Source of the DNA: Schmidtea polychroa
Taxonomy: Eukaryota
Length of the DNA: 64,000 nucleotides
NCBI GenBank assembly: GCA_044892525.1
Contig: CM097885.1
Location: 237,460,001 to 237,524,000, forward strand
Direction of reading: 5' to 3'
The position numbers and the translations under genes were made by a program. Positions 24,815 to 35,772 of this stretch are shown piece by piece. Within the stretch, counting starts at the first letter, position 1. The number at the start of each line of letters is the position of its first letter. The notes under the pieces were generated by a model, which saw only the letters and a list, made by a program, of their open reading frames with translations, was not told the origin of the DNA and did not search any database.

Positions 24815-27800
24815 TATGATAATGGCGAAATCCAACATGGCACCGACATCAACAAACAACTAAATACAAAAATTAAATTTAGAAAATTAAATCATTAAAA
24901 AGTAACTAGAAAATAACTAAAAAATTAAAAGAAATAATAAAACTATTAAAAATAAGTAGTGTATTAATAGACCCATAGGATATTTGGTCTTGAAAATTAT
25001 ATTTCTTTGCATGTCAATCTAAAGTTCTTTTTGAGACCTGCCCATCCTAAAAATATTTAGGTATATTTAGCTTGAAAATCTTTATTATTAAAAATTTTTC
25101 AGTGCTTGTCAATGAGATTGTATTGTCAATATGAAGCACTATAGTGAGGAAATAGTGTCAGTTTAAAGCACTGTAATGAATGGGTACTGTCAATTTGAAG
25201 CAATACATTGACTGATGAGATAATTGGCTTGAGAACCATTTCAATGAGTATTAGGGATGTAATTAGTGCATGTTTATGTGAAGCACTATAGTGAGAGGTT
25301 AGTTTGGTCCGAGATTTTTTGTACAGGAATTTATGGTAAGATATTTTGAAGAATCGACGTTTTATGAGAAATTAAAGTAAATAAGTAATAATTTTTTTAA
25401 ATAAGTAATGTATCAAATGTAACATATTTTGAAGAATGGACATCTTCTAAGAAATTAAAGTAAATACGTAAATTAAAGTTTATTAAAGTAGTAATTTTAA
25501 AAATAAGTAATACTATTTTTAATTGTTATCGGTATTAGGGAAATATTTCGTTGATTAAGAAAAATAATCAAGCCCATTCAAGTTAAGAAATTAAATTTGG
25601 ATTAAGTAAATTAATCCACAAACTTAATCTGCACAGTTCACACTGTAATTTCTTGTGCCCACTGTGGACTATGACAAGTGAAGGGAGAAATACCCTAACG
25701 TCCCGGTGCTTACATGTGGAAAGCCTTTGCATCTCCGTACCATGTGGAAAAAAGTAAGATGGGTAACTGTGAAGCGTTTTAGTTTGTTCGTAGTTCCAAG
25801 GTCTTAATCTACAACACTAAGGCTCTTTATACTGGTGTCTAGTGGGCCGTGTGGGGCGAGCAAATTTTAATTTAAAACGTCACATAACACATCGTCGACT
25901 TATATACGAAAAACCTACATTCGAACTTGTATTTTGTAAACAGGGCACTAAGAGCTTATACCCTAATGTCCAGTGTGCTATGTGTGTCGTAAAATACAGA
26001 ATGACATAAACTATCGATTCATGATTTGTATACTCAGTTCTTCACTAGCACGAAAAGATCATCGTTTTTTGTGTAAGCTCATGACCAAAATAACTGCAAT
26101 CAAGCACATTATTATTAAATTTGAATCAGTATGAAGAATAGAATTATTTAAAAGTCTTGTAAATTATTCGACGGCACAAATCATCGTAAACTATTGTAAA
26201 TCATCATAAATCTTTATAAATTATAGTAATAACGTAAAATGTCGAAAGTCTCACAACTCTGGATTACGGTTGATTTGAATCCAAAATTCTTGTGAAATAA
26301 TACTAAATGTTTTATAAAAATAAGTTTCATAATTTAATCTTTCTAGTTCACCGCCACATAAGGTCAAATAAGCCATGTAATTTACAGTACCATGCACTAT
26401 TAATTTAACTAAAACTAGAGAGTAAGAACATTCCGTAACATTCATATTCAAATAAAACGCAACGACAAAATTACTCTCGAAGTATTATTACTATAAATCA
26501 GAAAAACCCCGAAACTCCATAATCATTACGCTCGTAGATAGATTTTAATTTACCAAAAAACCGAGCAGGTGCTGGGGTAGAACTGATTTTGAGCCCAAGT
26601 TGTTGAAACACGACTGAAAGACATCGGAACATAACACGCAGACATAACATCAAATCAAATTGAACTCAAACACGTCCACATGTCTAAAACATCAGCCGGT
26701 AAATTTGAATTATTGGCGATAAGAAGAGATATGAATGGAAATTAGAAGGATTTCCACAAAATAACATCAGAAAATGAAGTAGGGATAAAACTTTTACAAT
26801 TGCAATGAATATAAACTAGAATATTCTATAAAAATGGCGAAATCATCATGGCCCCCAAGTAGCTAGTGGACATTAACTAAAAAACAAAAATTTAAGTAAT
26901 AAATCAGATAAAAACTAACCTGAAACAGTATAAGAATTAAAATAAATAAGAATTAGTTAAAAAATCTCTAAAACAACATAGAATATTCTAGAAATCCCCC
27001 ATATCCATCATGGTGGCGAAATTATGTAAAAATAAATAAAATATAAAAATTGGTTAAATATAATAAATAGTAAATTACGAAAAGTCGCCATCAAAATTGA
27101 TAAAAATAAGATTCGAAATTAGATAGAATTAAAATAATTCAAGTGTGTTTTACATATCCGCACATCAAAATCAGGGTACATATACCGACGCATCTTCAGT
27201 AAGAATTTAACCAACTTGTAAATTTTAGTTGTGATTTAATTCTATGCGAATATTTTGAAGCTAAAATTTATTGAAAAGATTTGTTTTAGTTTTTTAAAAT
27301 GATATAAAATATGAAATAAACGAGATAGTCTGAGATTTTGAGTTGCTGTTTTATTTTCTTTTAAAACGGAATCACTTTTTCAGTCTAACATCACATACTG
27401 TTTTTCGGCCCACGGGCACTTCAAATAACAAGTGAGTAAAATGATACGTTCAACAAGAATGGGCCAGTATCGCGGAAATTCTAGGGCGGTTAAAATCCAT
27501 ATAGGCAGATCGGAAACTACAGCAAACTTATAGTCTGCTTGTGGTTTCAAGGTCTGAATACGTAACATTAAGGGTGCATCGCACTAGAATTCAGTGGGCC
27601 GTGTGTGATGAATAATTTTCTTTTCTGTAATTTCAATGAATTATAGTGCATAACGATAACTCACCAAATATATACACTCAACTTATAGTTCTCTATATAT
27701 TTTGTTATGGAACACTAAGAGCTCGTTTCTCAAACGTCCAGTGGGCTGAGAAAAACTAGCATTTAAACCTTATCGACGCGAAATGCTCACAGAAAAACAT

Positions 27801-28229
27801 CAATGACCAGAATAGTTTCAATATTTATAGATTTGATAGATACGGCGGATCGTCGGGCTTTAAAACTGAATGTCATTCCCTATGAATTTGACCAAGGCTG
27901 TCACGGGGCGGATCTACCATGCAGCTACCATAAATCAGTGACCGCATTTGGTAGTGAGGACCCAAAGGCTGATTTTGAGTACCCAAACGGGAATGATCCA
28001 CTACATTAGGAGGTGATCGGAGCAATAAATTAAAGGTAATTAATGATATGAGTAAGGGTTGTATGATTTTGAATAATTGTGATAGTTTGAATGATAACTG
28101 TTGTGATGGTGTTTTTGATTATAGAAATTATAATACTAATATATACATTAATAAATTTCGTATGGATAAACTGTTTAAAGACCCACCTCTAACTTATAAT
28201 GAAATAAATGTATTTAATCGTGATAAACG

Positions 28230-30410
28230 GAATGATATAATAGTATACGATAAAATGCAAGGAAGGCCCAGTGTTTCCGTGATGATTAATAATGTAAAAT
28301 TAGTATGTCTATTAGATACTTGAGCTAAAATAAGTGTGATTGATTATAACTCGGAAATTTGAATATGAATACAAGTAATTTAAAATTAAGATGCGCGAAT
28401 GATAGCCCGATTGAAATTTGCGGTGAAACTTTATTAAATGTAAAAGTTGATAAAATTTCTGATATTAAAAAAGTAGAATTCGTTGTAGCCAAAGATATAA
28501 ACCCAAAGTTAATAGGAGGTATAGATTTTCTCGAAAGCTTGCAATTGCAAATAGAAAATTGTGAAGACGAAATATATGCAATTATGGAAAATTCATTTAA
28601 AAACACAGGAGTGAAGATAAGATAATAAATAATTTAATTTCCACATTTGACGGCATTTTTATGAAACATAAATGGGATGTTGGGAAAACCGAACTATTAA
28701 AGCATGAAATAATTACTAAAAGTAGCCCGATTGTAATAAACCCAAGGCGACAACCTATACATTTAATAGAAAAAATTGAAGAACATATTCAAGAAATGTT
28801 GAAATTATATCAGAATGTACATCTCCTTGAAATTCTCCATTAGTATGTATTAAAAAGAAAACCAGCAGTGATATAAGAATATGTTTGGACTATCGAGCTG
28901 TAAATAATATAAAAGAAAGACCGATTTTTACCATTCCAAATACGGATGAATTATTATATATTCTTGACAGAGCAAAGTTTTTCTCGACAATTGATTTAGG
29001 CAATACTTATTATCAAGTAGAACTCGATGATACATCAAAATTAAAAACAGCATTTTCGACAAAAAGCAAACAATATTACTTTAACAGAATGCCATTTGGA
29101 ATAGCGGCCGCACCAGCAACATTTCAAAGACTTATGAATTTGGTTCTTGGGGAATTTAATTGGAATGGAACAATTGTATACTTGGAGAATATCCTTATAT
29201 TTTCAAAAACATTGAATGAACATTATAGCACCATTGAAAAGGTTTTTCAAAAGATTAAATTAGCAAATCTTAAAATAAGTCCAGCAAAATGTCAATTCAA
29301 AAGGCAAGAAGTGAAATTTTTGAGTCATATCATTGGTGAAGATAGAATGCATACGGATGAAAGTAAGATTGAAACTATTAAACATTTTGAAAGACCTAAG
29401 TGCGTAAAGAGTTTGAGAGCATTTTAAGGCTTGACAAATTACTATCGCAGATTTATAAAAAATTACACCAAAGATTCCAAAGTATTAGTAGCGTTATGTG
29501 GAAGTAAACAAAAGAAGCTTATGTGGACTGATGAGTGTGAAACTTCATTTCAAAATTTAAAACTGAAATTAACATCTACACCTATATAGAAGTTCCCAGA
29601 TTTTTCTAAGCTATTCATTTTGGATACAGATGCAAGTTTTGACCGCATCGGTGGTGTTCTGTCTCAAAAAGATGGAAATAAAGAAAGAGTACTCGAATAT
29701 GGATACCGAGCTATGAATTACTGTCTATATTTTATTTTACTGGTCATTTCAAGCATTATCTATATGGTAAAAAGTTTATTTTGATCACAAAGCCATTTTA
29801 TTTATGATGAAGACAAAGAAAGCTATTACCCCACAATTTCAAACTTGAATTAGCCATCTTAGTGATCTGTATGAGGAAGTTTATGGATTCTTAAAGATTT
29901 AATTCGAAATTTTGTTAAATTTAAAAAAATATTTTTATTGAAAAATATTTTAAAAAGAAGACTGAAGTTTAGCATTCTTAAAAAATATTTTTATCGAAAA
30001 ATATTTTAAAAGGAAAATTGAAATTTGTTTAAATAACAAAAATAAGAAAGACAAGTTTTTGAGTGTAAAATTTATTGAATAAAATTTATGGAATTATTTA
30101 GTGATTTGCAAACAGATATTAATGTTGTAACGGATGAGAATCCTAATAGTCTGGACATGGAGATTCAATACAGAAAAGGTGATAACTTGTGGAAGAAGAA
30201 AAAATCAATCAGACGACAAATCGCGAATTTCAAATTGGTAATTGCGTATTGATCAAAGTAAATGTTTGAAATAAAGGTGATAACAGATACATGGGTCCAG
30301 GTGTGATTACTAAAAAGATTCATGATCGAAATTATGAAATAAAATTGGAAAATGGAAGTTCCGTCACGAGAAATATTAAGTAGTTAAAGGTTTTTAAAAA
30401 AGGGGGATCT
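28230..30410 (+). mobile_element. Decayed Ty3/Gypsy pol (protease, RT, RNase H, deleted integrase)
   Basis: Protease VCLLDT*AKIS (DTG motif hit by a stop at 28321). RT: MDYRAVN..FSTIDL...YYQV...KTAF...RMPFGI..APATFQRLM. RNase H: ILDTDASF..IGGVLSQ. C-terminal YMGPGVI..NYEI followed by PPT AAAAAGGGGGA at about 30397-30407. Confidence 0.88.
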
Positions 30411-31445
30411 GAGTCTTTTTGTAATTTATATTAAAATAATGGTATGGTGTTGTGCATGTTTGATTGTATGTTGAAATCCTTACTGATACATTAATTATTA
30501 TTTATTAGAAACTCCTCAAACAAATTAACGTTATAATTTGTTTTAGTAATATGTTGGATCGCTTAGGGTGTGTCATTTTATTTTTAAATGGGTTAAGAGT
30601 ATTTATGGATCTTTCCGTGACTCCTTTCTAAACGCCTTCATGATTATTGTCTTTATACCATCTGTGTACCCATGGCGACGACCATGTTGGTACTGTACAC
30701 AATGGTTGAAAATCAATGAGCTGGTGAGCTCTATTGCTAAAACTACTCATCGGGTTCTGGACTGCCGATAGAAGGTCTTACGTCATTATTCATTATCTGT
30801 TTCTATCTAATAGCCAGTGAGGATGGATTGAGATCCAAAGCATTTAAAACTAGAAACTTATAAAACCATGTAGACTTTGGGGGAAAACGTCAACACACAG
30901 TGAAAATCAATGCCTGGAAATTGGTTGTTAATGAGAACGAAAAATGTTTTTCTCCAAATTAATTTTGCCTAGAAATATTCATTTGTAAATTCTGAAATGA
31001 ACGCATTTTTTCTTATGAAAGGGAAAATTTTGAGACTTAATAAACCTAAAAAGACTAAAATTACAACTTTAGAAAAATAGTTAAATTATGATAAGAATAA
31101 CATACTGATTTACATCCACTAATTAAGTAACAAGTTAAATAAAGATGACAGTCTAAACTGAATTTTGCTATAAACTGTATCAAGCTTATTTTGGTTTATT
31201 TACTAAAAGAATTAAATGAATTACTTTGTCAATAGATTTTATTTTTATCATACACAAGAATTTCATAATACTCACAGATTGAAATATCGAAAATGTACAA
31301 AGATGTATTTATATAAACTATTCATATTTATAGCATATATATAAATTCATCTTACAAAGACTATCATAATTAATTTGACGACAATTTTTTATCACCATCT
31401 TTGTTTAATTTACATTCCTTAAAAATATTTTATGGTGTTCTTTAT

Positions 31446-31785
31446 GGTACTTCCGTGTTATCTTACCCCAAAAATTAAATTAAAAAAAGAACACATAATT
31501 ATTATATTTATTTTTTAAATCATAGTTACAAACTCAGCAAATGTTTGTAAAGAGTTTGTAAATGGTCATCCAGGTGGCCAGAAAACCACAATGTCGTTGA
31601 GAATAGTGTCGAACACGTCGGCACTGTTGCTTAGAACACGTTTGCGCCACATAAACTCACATAATCACATAAATCACAAATTCATGTTCAATAATGTTCA
31701 ATAACGCATTCTCTCTTTTTTTATATTGTTATTTTAATTGTATTTTATAATTTAATTTTTGGGGGTAAGATAACACGGAATTACC
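31446..31785 (-). mobile_element. Merlin (IS1016/ISXO2-like) non-autonomous element, copy 1
   Basis: TIRs of about 35 bp starting GGTACTTCCGTGTTATCTTACCCC, with a perfect 8-bp TSD TTCTTTAT. The minus strand retains the transposase tail LCEFMWRKRVLSNSADVFDTILNDIVVFWPPG*. Confidence 0.82.
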
Positions 31786-33229
31786 TTCTTTATTTTTAAC
31801 TTCGTAAAAGTCAATTCAAATTTATCATATACAATATCCTATTATATTGCCATATCTTTTGTTGGGGTATGTGGACAATACAAACGATTTCTGAGTTAAT
31901 CAAATTTATAATGAAAATTCGCATTCATCACATAACTACCTACAGCTTTAATGCCAAAGTAGTAATTGATAAACCCTCCCATCACATTATCAGGGCAATT
32001 AACTTGGTTTAATTTATATTAATCGATTTGTTGTAAATCAATCCACCTATTTTATTTAGTGCTCCTATTAAGAGGAAATCTAAAGGCCGAACAGGGAAAC
32101 TGCCGAAAAACCAGTGAATGAACTAAAATATCAGGTGATCAAATGCAAGGGCTGACGTAGAGAGATGAAGAGCACCTAGTTTAGCCCGACCAAGATGGCA
32201 ACTGCAGACGAAAAGCAAACAAGATAAAATTGAGCTCAAAGCCCGCTCGAGTGCTTGCCGATTATAGTGTACAAAGTACGCTCACTTTTTGCAAGTACTC
32301 ACCCACTCGATACAGTTCAACTCGATACAGTTCGCTCGATAAAGCTCAACAGGTATCGAGCGGTACAACATTCTTGTATTCTGGGTTAAGTTAAAAACAG
32401 CACGAAAGGGGAAAATGTGTATTACCTGTAACCCACCAATACCGATGTTCTCCCCTGGGGTGTCTTCTCAAGTAATTGTTTGAATAAATTTTAAAATAAT
32501 TTATTTGTTTATATTATCCCTCAAAATGAGAAACAGCCGAGTAGATAATTTATTTGTATGTTATGATGACATTTAAACTAAGAAATGCCAAGTATATAAT
32601 TTATACGTACTTTATAACAACATTACAGCTAAGAAAATGCCTAGCAGACAATTTATTTCTATTTCATATCAAAATTCCATTTGGAAAAATGCCAAGAAGA
32701 TAATTTCCCGAAACGAAATTACTATTTTAAGAAATGAAAGAGGATTTTTCAAGATGAAGCTGTCCAAATGGTCTCCAGAAGTTTTGTTTTATGACCCATT
32801 AAATTGTTATTGTAGCCTGTTCTGTTTTCTAATCTGATGTTGGGGGCACATAAATTCCATAAATTACAAGTGTTTGAATTTTATGTTTATATATCGGTCG
32901 CCAGGAAATAGAGTAATCATAATACCCAAGAGGTAGTTATGCAATGACCGTTGACCCTAACCAAAGACATTTTTTTAATATAAAGATATCGTTTAGGAGT
33001 TCGCTACTGTTTGGTGGTCTTTTTATTCACGTACCTACCTAGGGAGAAAGCTTTATTCACTAGAACCAGTATCAAAATCAATTTCTTTTAAGAAACTCGA
33101 CTAATGTTGCCAGTTATCATTGTCCCGAAAAATACAGTAAAAATAAATGGTTTTCAACTTATAGAGGCTATAAATTAATAATACCAGTTAATCATTTAAA
33201 CTAAGGTGACCCTTCTCGAAGAGTCTTCA

Positions 33230-34010
33230 GGTTCAATTTTTCTTTGTTTTCGTGAAAGTAACATGACTTTGTCTATTAGCTAAATCGTACAATAGTTAGG
33301 AATGACGAGATCGGTACCTCATTAGTATTCTTTATAGAATGACAATTATCGTGGTTATTTTTTGAAAATAAAAATAAGTGAAAATAAAAATACAAAACTA
33401 TAGCCTTTATATTTTTAGAATTTCCATTAGCATTACAGTAAAATTCATTAAAATGAGTAATAATTCCCATTAATAATTCTTGTAATTCAAACAAAAATTG
33501 TTTAATTTTAATTTTGATTTCCGTTTCAAGATTTGGCTATGATAATTTATTGTTTCACCGGAGGCTCATTAATCTCTTCGACAAATTAGTAGTTCAATTT
33601 TGATGTGCTAACGATAGATAATATTTTCTAAAAAAACTGTGCTTCACTCTCGAGAGATTCTGATATAGATTTGTGATTGTTTATATAAGCTTGAGATCTA
33701 TTTACAACTCCAATAACTCCGGATTACAAATTTTTTATTAGTAACTCCAGTTAAAATATCTTTTCTCGTTTCATCATCCATTAAATAAGGTTTCGGCAAT
33801 ATACAAAAATCCTAACTCCTAACTTCAAAAACTGCCTATTTGCTAAATCATTTTGAATTTGAAACCAATAGCAAAATAGAATTTTGCTGTTTCCCATATT
33901 TTACAGATAAATTTCTAATTCTCTCTTCAATCTTCAGGTTGATTATGAACTGGTAACTTATATCTTCACTTTATTCATTGGTAATATTTAAAATTACCCA
34001 GGTTCTAATT
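33230..34010 (-). pseudogene. Decayed dynamin-related GTPase (DRP1/DNM1L-like) fragment
   Basis: Colinear frameshifted pieces: LPVHNQPED-EERIRNL..Y..QQNSILL, DLAN..FLK, LMDDET..DIL, GVVNRSQAYINNHKSISESLESEAQFF, KYYLSLAHQN*TTNLSKRL, LLMGIITHFNEFYCN..GNSKNI. These follow the order of the DRP1 G domain and middle domain. Confidence 0.75.
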
Positions 34011-34249
34011 TAAATTTAAATAATTTAAATTAAATTCATAATAATATTTTTATTAATATTAATATTTTTAAAAATAGTAATATAATATTCTCTTTTTTAA
34101 CTAAAACAAAAACAATTTTTTAATTTTCCACTTATTTTGGTTATGAACATTTTCCAGTCAAAATAATTTCTCATTTATCACTTTCTCACAATATTGTAAA
34201 TCTGACTTCAAATTTCACGGTATAATTTTTACATTCACCATTTTATGAA

Positions 34250-34764
34250 AAATACAGGAAGAATGAGTTGTCACATGGATAAATATCCTTTAGTTTACAT
34301 CTGATTGATAAATTAATAAACTTGAGTTTTTCTACGACTACATAGCTATATGTACTCGAAATTCTTCGGTCAAAATTTGAAGTTTTTTGTTGATTTTGGT
34401 CTGCTTTTAATATTCTTAATTGCCGTTAATCATCTCTGAAATTCATTTCTTTTCTAAAATTAATAACTGCTAGTGGGACAAAAAAATTTCAATTAATTAC
34501 TCGATTTAAAGCTCTAAGGATCCCATAATTTGAAACTTTTATATTCAATTATTATTCAATCATATTCACCGTGTGAACATTTTCGACGTGGTCGCCAGTT
34601 ACAACAATCGATTCCATCTAAAGATTAATTATTTATTAACACAGAGTGATCACTCTTAAATAACAATGTATATTGCGCAATAAATAACACATTGTATTGA
34701 ATTACGCAATATACTATGAAATGCTTCACATTTGGTCTTTGGCCTCTAATGTAATATCATTACT
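34250..34764 (-). mobile_element. 5' LTR (34764-34597) + primer-binding site + start of leader of a truncated Ty3/Gypsy element
   Basis: The LTR is homologous to 24647-24814 and ends in GTAACT, overlapping the PBS-like TGGCGACC (34597-34590). Confidence 0.75.
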
Positions 34765-35772
34765 GTTTTCATTTTATTAATTTTCAAGTTCATTACAATT
34801 CCCTTGATACTGTAATTCTTTCCTCAATAATAGTACGACATTTTATCGGTTTTACGTAATCAGTAAAATTAGAACTAACAACCACCGGAGCAATTTCATA
34901 CTTTTGTTTATTTGTGTTACATTAACATAGGACCAAATGAACAAATAAAAAACAACAAGTCTAAAAAATATTCCTTACTCGTTAATTTTTTATAAATATT
35001 TGAGAATTGCAACCAATAACTTTATAAATTTTGTACTAGTTATAAAATATAATCGTAACAATTAACAATTATAATAAAATTATAATTTTATTTCCGCATT
35101 TACAAATCCATTAAATTTAGAAACCACATAAATTAAAAAATTAGTTTTATATTATTATATTAAAATAAACGCTTTGTTGACTAAAACTTCTTCCATATTT
35201 ATGGATTCAGTCAACCTTAGAAACTGTGTCGAAAATAAAGGATAATATTTCATTAATTACTAATCCATCATCTGTGGAATAATTTCATTTTCAAATTATC
35301 CCTCATTTCAAAATGTTTACAGTGATAGCTTGGCATCAATTATTTTTTACCAAAACAATTTAGACTATCTAAAACAATAAAGTGATAATTTAAGCCTTTT
35401 GCTGCGAATAATGTATTTAATGAAAAAATTTTCGACAATAAGATAGTCCTTGTCAAGATTAGCATTAGGAAATATTCTTTAAATTTTATTTTCAATGTAT
35501 CAATTTTTATTTGCGTTTAGAAAATTCTTGTGATTGAATCATTTTTTCTGGAATCAATTTCAGACATTTAGTAAATATAAAAAATCTGATTATTTATAAA
35601 ATAGATATACAAATTTAAAATTAACACTAAATCTTTTAATATTTTTTTACTATGCATATTAATTTCTTGAAAATAAAACAAAAATCGCAAATTTAACTTA
35701 AATATCAAAATAAAAGAAAACTAAAATTCGAATAATGTAACAGTCAATTAAATCGTTGGAACATTTATGGAG

